64,000 nucleotides of DNA from Nitrospirota bacterium (GTDB lineage: Bacteria > Nitrospirota > UBA9217): contig CAWIYV010000001.1 in the NCBI GenBank assembly GCA_963840455.1, positions 256,001 through 320,000 on the forward strand, given 5' to 3'. This document shows, piece after piece, positions 25,871 through 36,113 of this stretch. Position 1 is the stretch's first letter. The number at the start of each line of letters is the position of its first letter. Below the pieces are notes generated by a model. That model ran no database searches and had not been told where the DNA came from. It was given only the letters and a program-made list of their open reading frames with translations. Position numbers and translations under genes: made by a program.

Positions 25871-28551
25871 CTAGACGACGCCCTCCGCCTTTTTCTTGAG
25901 TTCGGATAGTTTATTCATTGCCTCGATAGGCGTCATGGCGTTCAGGTCCATCTCGGCCATTTCCCGGACAAGGTTTGCGTCCCGCGCCGCGAACAAGCCT
26001 AGTTGCTGCTCTTTCGCCGCGTCTCCGCGTCTCCGCGTCTCCGCGTCGGCACTTTCCCCTTGTCCCCTCGTCTCCCTATCCCCTGCGTCCGCCTTTTGAC
26101 GCAGGCGTCGGTTCGCCGGTCTCATCGAACTCGGCCTTCTCGAGGTTCGCCAGCACCTCCCGGGCCCGCGCGATCACCACCGCAGGAAGCCCGGCGAGCC
26201 GCGCCACCTGGATGCCGTAGGACTTGTCCGCGCCGCCCTCGACGACCCTGCGGAGAAAGATGATCTGGTCGTTCCACTCCTTGATGGCCACGTTGAAGTT
26301 CTTCACCCGGTCCATGGTGAGCGCCAGGTCCGTGAGCTCGTGATAGTGCGTTGCGAAGAGCGTCCGCGCCCGGAGCTTCTCGTGGATGAACTCGGCGACC
26401 GCCCAGGCGATGCTGATGCCGTCGAAGGTGGAGGTCCCCCTGCCGATCTCGTCCAGGATGATGAGGCTCCGGTCCGTGGCGTTGTTCAGGATATTGGCGG
26501 TCTCGTTCATCTCCACCATGAAAGTGCTCTGGCCCCGGCTGATGAAGTCCGACGCGCCGACGCGTGTGAACACCCGGTCCACGATGCCGACCAAGGACTC
26601 CTTCGCCGGAACGAAGCTGCCCATCTGGGCCATGATGCTGATGAGCGCCACCTGGCGCATGTACGTGGACTTGCCCGCCATGTTCGGTCCCGTCAGGATC
26701 AGGAGCTGGTTGTCGCTGCTGTCCAGCAGCGTGTCGTTCGGCACGAACCGCTCCTCGGTGAGCTGTTCGATGACCGGATGGCGTCCCTCGACGATGCGCA
26801 GCACGTCCCCGTCGTCGATGACAGGACGGGTGTAGCTGTTCTTGGCCGCAGCCTCGGCGAGCGAGGCGAGGCAGTCGAGCGTTGCCAGCCGCCGGGCCAT
26901 GTCCTGGACGCGCACGGTCTGTGCCGCGACCTGCTCGCGGATCGCATTGAAAAGCCGGTACTCGAGGTCGAGGATCTTCTCCTCTGCGCCCAGCACCTTC
27001 TCCTCGTATTCCTTCAGCTCCGGCGTGATGTACCGCTCCGCGTTCGCCAGTGTCTGTTTCCGGATATAGTCCGGCGGTACATTCGCGAGGTTCGTCTTGG
27101 TCACCTCGATGTAGTAGCCGAAGACACGGTTGTAGCTCACGCGCAGGGAGCTGATGCCCGTCCGCTCGCGTTCGCGCTGCTCGATGCCGGCAATGAATCC
27201 CTTCCCTTCAGTGCTGATGGACCGGAGCTCATCGAGCTCTGCGCTGTGGCCTTTCTTGATCAGCTTTCCTTCTCGCAGCGTATACGGCGGGTCGTCATGG
27301 ATGGAGCGCTCGATGAGCTGATGGATGTCCTGCAGGTCGTCCCAGCCTTCGTGCACGGTCTTGAGCAGGCCGGCGGCGCTTGGCGCAATGAAGTTCCTGA
27401 GGTCCGGCAGGACGGTGAAGGACTGTCGCAGGGCAACAAGGTCCCGGGCATTGGCCACACCGAGGGAGACGCGGCTGATGAGCCGCTCCAGGTCGTATAC
27501 CCGTCCGAGATCGTTCCGGAGGCTCGAGCGCACCTGATGGCGCTCCTTGAGCTCGGCGACGGCAGTGAGGCGAGCATCGATCTCCTGAACATCGAGCAGC
27601 GGATTCAGGACCCATTCGCGCAGCTTGCGGCCCGCCATGGACGTGACCGTGTGGTCGAGGACGGACAGAAGCGTGCCCCGGATGGAGCCGTCGTAGATGT
27701 TCTTCACCAGCTCCAGGTTCCGCTGGCACGCGCTGTCCAGGACCATGTAGGACTGTACGAGGAAGGGCCTGACGCTCCGGATGTTCGCCAGCGCGGTCTT
27801 CTGGGTCTCTTCGATGTACCGAAGCGCCGCTCCCCCAGCGGAGACGCCGATGGTCATGTCCCCGCAGCCGAAGCCCTCGAGCGTCGAGGTCTTCAAATGG
27901 TCGAGCAGGGTCCGCTTCGCGGTCTCGCGGTCAAAGGTCCAGTCCTCGTAGGGATTGATCGCCTGGGTGTATTGACGAAGCAGCGCCAGAAGCTCTGATG
28001 CCGTCTCCTGCCCCTTCGGCAGAACGATTTCGCGAGGCGTGAATCGCGACAACAGGGTGTCGAGCTCTGCCAGGTTGCCGGCACCCGATACCTCTGCCAT
28101 GAAGAAATCACCGGTCGAGATGTCGAGGAACGCAGCGCCGAATCCCTCTTTCGCAGGATAGAGCGAGGCGAGATAGTTGTTGTCCTTGGCTTCTAAGAGA
28201 TTGGCATCGAGCACGGTGCCGGGCGTGACCACGCGGATGACCTCGCGCTTCACGATGCCCTTGGCGAGCTTCGGGTCCTCCACCTGCTCGCAGACCGCCA
28301 CCTTGAAGCCGCGCCTGATGAGCTTGGCGATGTAGCCTTCCACGGCGTGGTACGGGAACCCGCAGAGCGGCGTCTCGATGCCCTTGGACTTGTTCCGCGC
28401 CGTCAGCGTGATCTCCAGGACCTTCGAGGCCGTCACCGCGTCCTGGTCGAACATCTCGTAGAAGTCGCCCATGCGGAACAGCAGGATCGCGTCAAGGTGC
28501 TGGCGCTTGATCTCGCGGTATTGCTTCATGAAGGGGGTCAAGATCAGTCAT
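25871..28551 (-). CDS. mutS: DNA mismatch repair protein MutS, with apparent +1 frameshifts near 28541 and 26104
   Basis: FRMGDFYE, TGPNMAGKST, DEIGRGTST, ATHYHEL, SYGIQVARLAG; the C-terminal QLGLF clamp motif and MTPIEAMNKL lie in a shifted frame (25871-26125); ATG-ACT-GAT at 28551 is one base out of frame. Confidence 0.93.
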
Positions 28552-28611
28552 AGGAAACACGTGGGTGACGCACCGCCTTTGGGCGCGCCGCCGTCGACCC
28601 GCAGGTTAGTA
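28552..28611 (-). repeat. attC-like site (terminal)
   Basis: TACTAAC-CTGCGGGTCGACGGCGGCGCGCCCAAAGGCGGTGCGTCACCCACGT-GTTTCCT, right after the TGA of the 231-aa ORF. Confidence 0.7.
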
Positions 28612-29307
28612 TCATGCTCGTTCACCTTTTAGATTGATTTTTTCAGCCCGATTGAGCCACGCTAATTCAATTTGATGCTTTATAAGGTCTTGCCTACTAC
28701 GCCCACTGACTTTTTTAACGATATCACAGGGAATTCCATATTCACTTATTCTTGCTTCGCATTCTCTTTTCCTTCTTCTGTCTTGCTTAAGTTCCGCAAC
28801 TAAACTAGCAAGAGATTCCAGCAAATCATCCACCAATTGGCAAATATTGATATTTAGCCTTAATGTAGCCATCTTTCCTTTGAGTGGAAAGAATTTCATA
28901 TTTGCTTTTCTGTTATCCGGCTTATCGTCGTTATTTGACTGCCAGAGAACTTTAATTCTTTTGGGGGCGCCATTTTTGTCTGCTCTATAAAAACTATACG
29001 GTTCATAAGAGTGTACAGTACCGTGTCGCCACATTGAATAAATAAGCTCAGCGTAATCCCTGTATTGCCGAGGAAAGTATTTCTTTATAAACTCCTCGGC
29101 GCATTTTGAGTTTTTAGGATTACCATTATTATCTACATAACCAAATGCAATCCAACCTAAATAGTCTATATAGCAAAATACTTGTCTTGGAACACTAAAG
29201 AAGCCACCCACTTGAGTATCATTATGGTGCCTTGCAATTGCTTTGACATCATCGATAATAGACTGTCGAACATTCTTTTCCAAGTATTCTATCGTTCTTT
29301 TAGGCAT
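28612..29307 (-). CDS. Cassette protein, putative HEPN-like RNase
   Basis: AT-rich 231-aa ORF; FCYIDYLG...F.KKYF...IYSMWRHGTVH contains an RxxxxH motif. Confidence 0.6.
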   Translation of the reverse strand: MPKRTIEYLEKNVRQSIIDDVKAIARHHNDTQVGGFFSVPRQVFCYIDYLGWIAFGYVDNNGNPKNSKCAEEFIKKYFPRQYRDYAELIYSMWRHGTVHSYEPYSFYRADKNGAPKRIKVLWQSNNDDKPDNRKANMKFFPLKGKMATLRLNINICQLVDDLLESLASLVAELKQDRRRKRECEARISEYGIPCDIVKKVSGRSRQDLIKHQIELAWLNRAEKINLKGERA

Positions 29308-29317
29308 ACTTATTAAG

Positions 29318-29378
29318 AGCTAGCGACTCGTTGAGGGGCGGGCGTTCTTTGCCCGCCCGCTCGACACGTTAGTTTATA
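29318..29378 (-). repeat. attC-like site (degenerate R')
   Basis: + strand agctagc-gactcgttgaggggcgggcgttctttgcccgcccgctcgacacgtta-gtttata. Confidence 0.7.
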
Positions 29379-29410
29379 TCTCAGTTCCGAAACCGAGTCT
29401 CATCGGTTGT

Positions 29411-29680
29411 TTATCTCGACTTAGGCTTTTTATATCGGTTGATATTGTCCAGAGCACGATTCCCTACGGTTGCCTTACCCCCAAAGTAATTTCTATCGGC
29501 AGCTGCTGCACTCTCCCGCTCAGCAGCAAATTGTCTTTCGTCCTTGTAAAGACAACATTTCTTGTACTTTAATCCACTTCCGCATGGGCAGGGACTATTA
29601 CGCCCGACTTGCACAATTTTTCTGATGCCGAGACAGGTAAATATCCTTTCGACCAAAGATTTCCGCACGATTGTCCTCAC
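29411..29680 (-). CDS. SEC-C motif protein (cassette)
   Basis: [19 protein letters not shown]. Confidence 0.7.
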   Translation of the reverse strand: MRTIVRKSLVERIFTCLGIRKIVQVGRNSPCPCGSGLKYKKCCLYKDERQFAAERESAAAADRNYFGGKATVGNRALDNINRYKKPKSR

Positions 29681-29735
29681 TAATGACGAGCTTAGCCCGA
29701 CGCCTTAGAGCGCGGGTTCGAACGACTTTTTAACC
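29678..29735 (-). repeat. attC-like site (degenerate)
   Basis: + strand cactaat-gacgagcttagcccgacgccttagagcgcgggttcgaacgactt-tttaacc. Confidence 0.6.
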
Positions 29736-29736
29736 A

Positions 29737-30378
29737 TTAACTCCATCCATGTTCCCATATGTGTTTTGCACGTTCTAGCTTGTGAGATGCCAACCATTCG
29801 TTTTGCGCAGCATCTATGAATCCACCAAAGACCCGTATTTTGGTCAGGCGCGGCGCTTGACACCCCCAAGCTGAATGAACATGGGTAGATTTCTCCCAGC
29901 GCGAATTCTCAATATGCAATTCGGAGACATATGAAGGGCTCCACTCTCCAGCGCAAAGCTCGCACAAGCCCGGATACTCGGCAAGCCAGGCTTTAGCTGA
30001 CAGCTTGGAGAGAGATGCGAGGATCCACTGACGATCATGATCGATCTGTTGAGATAGAGCCCATTCCGTGAGGAAGTGGGCAAGGTGATTCACGAGCGCG
30101 CGATTTGCGCGGGCACCAACATCTGGTGCCTCGAAGAAGGCGCCTCGATAGCCCGTGCTTCCGTTAAAAAACCAGTCAAAGAGTAGGGAGTCCACGGTTC
30201 CGCAGAAGACGGCGCGTTTGAAAGAAGCGTTGTCCTGCCGAGGTTCGCGGTGGAAGCATTTAAGGGTAAGTCCACGCTTCAGCGCTTCTGGCAACTCAGC
30301 ATTTGGCAGTGGTTGTGCAAGCGCATCTAGTCGTTTCGAATCAACTTTGCCAACATAATGCCACGGAGATGACTTCAC
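29737..30378 (-). CDS. Hypothetical cassette protein
   Basis: 213-aa Trp-rich ORF filling the space between two attC-like sites; no family recognised. Confidence 0.65.
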   Translation of the reverse strand: MKSSPWHYVGKVDSKRLDALAQPLPNAELPEALKRGLTLKCFHREPRQDNASFKRAVFCGTVDSLLFDWFFNGSTGYRGAFFEAPDVGARANRALVNHLAHFLTEWALSQQIDHDRQWILASLSKLSAKAWLAEYPGLCELCAGEWSPSYVSELHIENSRWEKSTHVHSAWGCQAPRLTKIRVFGGFIDAAQNEWLASHKLERAKHIWEHGWS

Positions 30379-30396
30379 GTGTAGGCCTCATCTGAT

Positions 30397-30456
30397 GGCT
30401 AATACGCCGGTCACGCGCCGCCTTTTGGCGCGTCGCTGTGGACCGGCATGTTGGTC
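30397..30456 (-). repeat. attC-like site
   Basis: + strand ggctaat-acgccggtcacgcgccgccttttggcgcgtcgctgtggaccggcat-gttggtc. Confidence 0.8.
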
Positions 30457-30470
30457 TTCTTACGATTTGG

Positions 30471-31385
30471 TTAGCAACCACCGCCACCTACATTCAGGAC
30501 TTCTTTCATGCTTTCACTGAGAATCTGATGAATCGTATAGAACTCCCATTCATATCCATAATTCTCAGAAACGACGTAATGTTTTCCGTCAACAAATATA
30601 ACAGCATTAGGCACAATGGTATGTGTCTCTTTGCCCCAGCAATCTGTGGGAATGAATTCAGAGCTCAGTGCGGATATCTTGTCACCTTTTAGCAACAACC
30701 AGCTGTTCAGCACCTTAAGATCGTAACATTCGGTCTCTTTGGGGTTGTAAGTATAGGGTGACTTTTGTTGCGCTTCAATGAAATACAAAGCACCGCCCAT
30801 TATCATTTTACTTGCTTTATAGATGTGCACAAATTCAACGGGATATTTTCCATCAAATGATGATTTTATAGCTTTACGCAGGGATGCAGGAAGCTTGCCT
30901 ATATTTATATTTGATTCGAAAGGAATGACGCCAGAATCACGGTTAGTTGCTATCCCCACTTTGGGTGTAGGAGCATAATCAACTTCCTTCCGAGGATATA
31001 AGTCTGTCTTAAGCGCCCAGCCACCGGAGCAATGGGATCCGTACTTAACAGCATTCAGCACCTTAAGAAGTCTTGGACGTGGGGCTTCAGACCACAAATA
31101 AACTTTCGCTGGTATTGTTTTGATTGGTCCGATCCATTTAGCCGGGATATCCTGAAGCTGCGCTTTTCCATTTGTAGCTTTGATGAGTTTGTCGATTTCA
31201 GGTTGTTCGTCGATTGATGTTTCTGGCCACGTGTTAAGCCATTTGCCTTCGTGGTAGGTTCCAATCGGAATGAGAATGTCGTCGCTTTGGGCAATGCCGA
31301 CCCAATACGGATCTGGCGCGTTACCTGCGATAGCCGCGCTAGACATCAATAAGAACATGATGATTAACGAAAGACGTTGTCTCAT
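30471..31385 (-). CDS. Exported hypothetical cassette protein ending GGGC
   Basis: Signal peptide MRQRLSLIIMFLLMSSAAIA; 304 aa; low GC. Confidence 0.75.
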   Translation of the reverse strand: MRQRLSLIIMFLLMSSAAIAGNAPDPYWVGIAQSDDILIPIGTYHEGKWLNTWPETSIDEQPEIDKLIKATNGKAQLQDIPAKWIGPIKTIPAKVYLWSEAPRPRLLKVLNAVKYGSHCSGGWALKTDLYPRKEVDYAPTPKVGIATNRDSGVIPFESNINIGKLPASLRKAIKSSFDGKYPVEFVHIYKASKMIMGGALYFIEAQQKSPYTYNPKETECYDLKVLNSWLLLKGDKISALSSEFIPTDCWGKETHTIVPNAVIFVDGKHYVVSENYGYEWEFYTIHQILSESMKEVLNVGGGGC

Positions 31386-31490
31386 AAGAGTTCCCTTCAG
31401 ACTAACCAGTGATTATCTAGCCGTATCCGGCTAGTAAAGCACGAATTTTCGTTGTTTACCAGTTTAGCAAGAACGATGCCCCTCTTTTCC

Positions 31491-32295
31491 CTACTCCTTC
31501 GCGGAAACCGCGAGTCCCAAACGCTCCATCACCTTCTTGATGTCTATCCACACCCACTTCTTCTCCCCCGGGCTGCGCAAAAGATAGGAAGGATGGAAGG
31601 TCGGCATGACCGGAATGCCCTCGTAGGTCTGCCAGACGCCGCGCATCTTCGTGATCCCCTGTTTTGTCCCGAGCAGGTTCTGCGTCGGCACGTTCCCGAG
31701 GGTTACGATGACTTTCGGCTTGATGGCCGCGATTTGCTTTTTCACGAATTTGATGCAGGCTTCGACTTCGTCAGATTCCGGGTTCCGGTTGTTCGGCGGG
31801 CCGGCACTTGACGATGTTGCAGATGTAGACCTCGGCACGCTTGATCTTCATGCCCTTCTCTATGATGTCGGTCAGGAGCTGGCCTGCCGCGCCGACAAAG
31901 GGACGCCCCTGCTGGTCCTCCTCGAACCCGGGGCCTTCGCCGACGAAAACGATCGTGGCCTTCGGGTCCCCTTCGCCATAAACGATGCTGTTCCTGCCTT
32001 TATGCAGCTTGCACCTCGTGCAGTCGCCGATCTCCTCGCGGATGGATTCCAGGGTCGCGGGCTGGCCTGCCTCAACGGACGCAAGGGTCTTCGCAGTCTC
32101 CTTGACGACAGGAGAAGCGGCCGGTGCGGCTACGGTCTTTTCTTTCGGTAGAGAGAGGGCGGCAGGCTGAACGATCGGCTTTTGATCGTCGAGGGGAGGT
32201 ATTTCGACGTACTTGACGCCGAGCGCGCGCTGATATTCAAGGTGCGCGCGGACATCTGCCACGATCTCGAGGAACTCCTTTTGCAGATCAGTCAT
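31491..32295 (-). CDS. Uracil-DNA glycosylase family 4, with a +1 frameshift near 31798
   Basis: CTRCKLH, VGEGPG, PFVG, ICNIVKCRP then shifted PNNRNP...C...MPTFHPSYLLR. Confidence 0.9.
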
Positions 32296-32434
32296 TGAAT
32301 GCCTTTTGGGAACCACAGATGAACACAGAGAGAGATGAAATAGTGAGGTGCAGCGCTTCGATCATCGAGTCTGTGAAACAAGGCTGACACACGTCCCCTT
32401 GTCCCCTTGTCTCCGCGTCCCCGTGTCCGCTGTA

Positions 32435-33286
32435 TCAGTTCCCCCACTTCAATTTCGTCCGCAGGATCTCGTAGTAGTTCTTGGTGGGATGTTTGATGAG
32501 CCTGACGCGGTACTTCGCCTTCTTCACTTCCACGACGTCGTTCTGCTGCAGCGCGGTGACCACCTGGCCGTCGAAGGAAAGAGAGGCGCCTTCGCTCCGG
32601 GACAGGAGCTTCACCTGCACCACCGAGCTGTCGGGAATGACGATGGGCCGGTTCGAGAGCGTGTGGGGGCAGATGGGCGTCACGACAAAGCAGTGGAGCG
32701 CCGGGTGTATGATGGGCCCGCCCGCCGAAAGGGAATAGGCCGTGGAGCCCGTCGGCGTCGCGAGGATCAGGCCGTCGGCCCGGATGGCGGTGAGATAGTC
32801 ATCGCCCACCGAGACCTCGAGCGACACCATGCGCGCGAAGGTGCCCTTGCTGACCACCGCGTCGTTCAGGACCGTATGCTCCTCGATCGTCTTCCCCTTC
32901 CGGATCACGCTCGCGAAGAGCATCATGCGTTCATCGGCACGGAGCTTGCCCGCCAGCGCTTTCTCGAGATTTCCGTATAGCTCCTCGAGCGGGACCTCGG
33001 CCATGAACCCCAGGCTGCCCAGGTTCACGCCGAAGATGGGGACGTTCTTGCGGGAGTCGGCCACGAGCCGGGCTGCGGACAGGAGCGTGCCGTCGCCGCC
33101 CAGCACGATGATCATGTCGACAAGCGATGGAAGCTTCCTGGGCGCATGGCCCGTCAGGCCCAGGCTGTCCGCGGTCCGGTCCTCAAGGAACACCTTCCGG
33201 CCCTTCGCGGTCAGCCACTTAGACAGTTTCCTGACAGCGTCGTGCGCTCTGGGCATGTCCTTGGCTATGATCCCGATCTTCTTCAT
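32435..33286 (-). CDS. nadK: NAD kinase
   Basis: GGDGTLL, GVNLGSLGF, LND, DGLILATPTGSTAYSLSAGGP. Confidence 0.97.
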   Translation of the reverse strand: MKKIGIIAKDMPRAHDAVRKLSKWLTAKGRKVFLEDRTADSLGLTGHAPRKLPSLVDMIIVLGGDGTLLSAARLVADSRKNVPIFGVNLGSLGFMAEVPLEELYGNLEKALAGKLRADERMMLFASVIRKGKTIEEHTVLNDAVVSKGTFARMVSLEVSVGDDYLTAIRADGLILATPTGSTAYSLSAGGPIIHPALHCFVVTPICPHTLSNRPIVIPDSSVVQVKLLSRSEGASLSFDGQVVTALQQNDVVEVKKAKYRVRLIKHPTKNYYEILRTKLKWGN

Positions 33287-33287
33287 C

Positions 33288-33782
33288 TCACTCTTTCACC
33301 GAGATGTACTTGTCGTCGGCAATGCTCTTCCTGAATCCGGCCAGCAGCCGCTTGTACCGTTCCCCTTCGGCAAAAAATCCGATCTCCCTGCTGTTCTCGG
33401 ATACGTCGGAAATATACACGTTCAATTTCTCGTCCGGAAGCTCATCCCCGGCCCGCTCGGCCCATTCTATCACCGTGGCGCCGTCGGAATCAAGATACTC
33501 CTCGAAGCCAATGGATTCGAGCTCTGACGGGTCCTTCAGCCGGTACAGGTCGATGTGGTACAGGGGAATCCGGCCCTGATATTCGTTCACGAAGGTGAAC
33601 GTGGGGCTCGTGATGTACTGGTCCTGGACCTGGAGGCCCTGAGCGACACCATAGGAGAAGTGCGTCTTGCCGGCGCCCAGGTCGCCGAAGAGGCAGACCA
33701 GGTCTCCCGCTTCGAGCATGGTCCCGAGGACCCGTCCGACTTCCTCGGTCTGCTCTGTGCTCGAGGTGATGACGCTGAACAT
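33288..33782 (-). CDS. tsaE: tRNA threonylcarbamoyladenosine biosynthesis ATPase TsaE
   Basis: GDLGAGKT, SPTF, HIDLYRL, IEWA. Confidence 0.96.
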   Translation of the reverse strand: MFSVITSSTEQTEEVGRVLGTMLEAGDLVCLFGDLGAGKTHFSYGVAQGLQVQDQYITSPTFTFVNEYQGRIPLYHIDLYRLKDPSELESIGFEEYLDSDGATVIEWAERAGDELPDEKLNVYISDVSENSREIGFFAEGERYKRLLAGFRKSIADDKYISVKE

Positions 33783-34240
33783 CAGCCGGCCTGTTGCGCA
33801 ACGGCCTTGACCACGTCGCGCTTGCCCACGATGCCGACGACCTTGCCGGCCTTGACCACCGGCAGGATATGGACCTTCTTATCAGCCATGATGGTTGCGA
33901 TGTCCGTCAGGGTGGTATCCTCGGAGATCGTGATGACCTTCTTCGAGCAGATGTCGCCCACCTTGGTGGCGGTCACACGCCTGACCTCATCGGCGAACTT
34001 CTTCGAGCTCTCAAGATAGATGGCTGCGCCCAGGAAACTGACCACCGTCGGGATGTGGAGCCGCTTGTTCTGGCTGATGAGGTCGTTCTCGGTCACGATG
34101 CCGACAAGCACACCGCCCGCGTCCACGACCGGCGCACCGCTGATCTGGTTGCTGACCAGCAGGGCGGCAAGCTTCTCGATGTCGGTGGCGAGCGTCACGG
34201 TCACAACGTCCTTGGTCATGATGTCTTTCGCGGTCAGCAT
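33782..34240 (-). CDS. CBS domain pair protein
   Basis: AKDIMTKDVVTV...GAPVVD..GIVTENDL; second CBS HILPVV..GIVGKRD. Confidence 0.92.
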   Translation of the reverse strand: MLTAKDIMTKDVVTVTLATDIEKLAALLVSNQISGAPVVDAGGVLVGIVTENDLISQNKRLHIPTVVSFLGAAIYLESSKKFADEVRRVTATKVGDICSKKVITISEDTTLTDIATIMADKKVHILPVVKAGKVVGIVGKRDVVKAVAQQAG

Positions 34241-34373
34241 GGGGAACCTCCTGAAGAATTCTGCCACAGAGGCGCAGAGGACACAGAAAAGGTCAGGATC
34301 ATGCCCTGATCCTCTACAACAAGGTCTTATCCGTGTCCATCCGCGGCCAAAATCGTTTTCGGTTCGCTCCGTC

Positions 34374-35924
34374 TCAATTCGCGGTTGCCATGATCTTCTT
34401 GATCGCTTCAGGGATCTTTTCTATCACATCCCCGGCGATCATCCCCGCCTCGCCCTTGTCCCCTGCCGCGAGGTCGCCTGCGAGGCCGTGAAGGTAGACG
34501 GCAAGGCATGCTGCCTGCGTCGGTCCGTATCCCTGCGCGAGCATGCTGCCGATCATACCGGTCAGCACATCGCCGGTTCCGCCGGTCGCCATGCCGGGGT
34601 TGCCGGTCGAGTTGATGAACACATCGCCGTGGGTCGTCGCGACGATCGTGCCCGCGCCCTTGAGCACCAGGGTCACGCCGTACTTTCCGGCAAAGTCCTT
34701 CGCAATGTTGACCCGGTCGCGCTGGATGTCCTCTGCCGATACGCCCACAAGCCGCGCCATCTCCCCCGGATGGGGTGTCAGGACCACGGGTGCTTTGGCC
34801 TTGAGCAGGATGCCGGGATTCCCCGCTAGAGCGTTCACCGCGTCGGCATCGATGACCATCGGCACGGTAATGCGCTGAATGAGATCTTTCACGACCTGGA
34901 CGGTCTCGTAGTGCGTCGTAAGACCGGGCCCAATGGCGCAGGCGCTCATCCTTCCCGAGGCCTTCACGAGCTCATCCTCAGAACCGATGCTGAGCGTCCC
35001 GTCGACGCTCTCACCTGCCGGCAAGCACATGGCCTCGAAGACCTGCTGCTGGATGATGGGAACGAGCCCGATGGGTGTTGCAACGCTTACAAGACCGGCG
35101 CCGCTCCGCAGCGCCCCCTTCGCAGCCATGATTGCCGCGCCTGCCTTGCCCAGGGAGCCGGCAATGACCAGGAGATGGCCGTAATCCCCCTTGTTGGCAT
35201 CACGGTCACGTACGGCCATCTGTCCCCCTGCCAGACCATGCTCGAGCATGATGACGCGGATCTTCTCCTTCTCAACGACCTCGGTCGGTATCCCGATGTC
35301 CGCAACCCGCACCTGGCCGGCGAACGAGGCTCCGGGGTACAGCACCAGCCCCCGCTTGGGAAGGACCATGGTCACGGTCAGGTCCGCGCGGACCGCAGTG
35401 CCCATCACCGCTCCGGTGTCGGCGTTGATGCCCGTGGGGATGTCCACGGCCACCACGGGCCTTCCTGCCATGTTCATGAGCTCGGCGGTGAGCGCGTAAT
35501 TCCCCTTGAGCGGAGACGACAGTCCAACACCGAGCATTGCATCAATGAGGATGTCTGACCATTCGATGATCTCGGCGATGGCCGCGGAGGTCGCGTTCGG
35601 GACGACCTCGACGTCGGTCTTGCGGAGGATCGACAGGTTCAACTTTGCTTCGCCCTTGAAGGAGGCGAAGGGCGCAAGCAGGGCAACCCGCACGGGCACC
35701 CCCCGGATGCGGAGCCTGCGCGCCAGGGCAAGGCCGTCGCCGCCATTGTTCCCCTTGCCGCAGACGATGCCGACCTTGACGCCGGCAAGGCCGTCGAAGA
35801 ACCGCTCCATCTCGAGGACGATGGCAGAGGCCGCGTTCTCCATCAGCACCGGCCCGGGTATGCCGAACTCCCGGACGGCCCGGCGGTCGATGTTCCTGAT
35901 CTGTTGTGCAGTGGCGATCTTCAT
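34374..35924 (-). CDS. nnr: Bifunctional NAD(P)H-hydrate epimerase/dehydratase
   Basis: LMENA, GKGNNGGDG, VDIPTG, DADA, LTPHPGE, GNPGMATGGTGDVL. Confidence 0.96.
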   Translation of the reverse strand: MKIATAQQIRNIDRRAVREFGIPGPVLMENAASAIVLEMERFFDGLAGVKVGIVCGKGNNGGDGLALARRLRIRGVPVRVALLAPFASFKGEAKLNLSILRKTDVEVVPNATSAAIAEIIEWSDILIDAMLGVGLSSPLKGNYALTAELMNMAGRPVVAVDIPTGINADTGAVMGTAVRADLTVTMVLPKRGLVLYPGASFAGQVRVADIGIPTEVVEKEKIRVIMLEHGLAGGQMAVRDRDANKGDYGHLLVIAGSLGKAGAAIMAAKGALRSGAGLVSVATPIGLVPIIQQQVFEAMCLPAGESVDGTLSIGSEDELVKASGRMSACAIGPGLTTHYETVQVVKDLIQRITVPMVIDADAVNALAGNPGILLKAKAPVVLTPHPGEMARLVGVSAEDIQRDRVNIAKDFAGKYGVTLVLKGAGTIVATTHGDVFINSTGNPGMATGGTGDVLTGMIGSMLAQGYGPTQAACLAVYLHGLAGDLAAGDKGEAGMIAGDVIEKIPEAIKKIMATAN

Positions 35925-36041
35925 GAGCTAGAACCTGTGTGCATAACTGGCAAATGCAATACCGAACACGAATAGCACGAATGGGACGAATTACACGAAT
36001 GAATTACTGTCTTTAAGTCAATGTACAATCTTCAAGGAACA

Positions 36042-36113
36042 CGTCATTCCCGCGAAAGCGGAAATCCAGACATTTCATTCTATCCTGGATTCCGGGTCAT
36101 GCCCGAAATGACG
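36042..36113. repeat. REP/dRS3-like palindromic element
   Basis: cgtcattcccgcgaaagcggaaatccag ... ctggattccgggtcatgcccgaaatgacg. Confidence 0.75.

Larger units (their letters stand above)
28552..31406 (-). mobile_element. Integrase-less integron cassette array (CALIN-like), four cassettes
   Basis: Four lower-GC same-strand ORFs, each followed by a 58-61 bp imperfect palindrome; leading GTTAGTC (31406-31400) matches the R'' GACCAAC of the first cassette. Confidence 0.8.

Noticed and set aside
28552-31490. Complete integron
   Set aside because: No intI or other tyrosine recombinase in the window.
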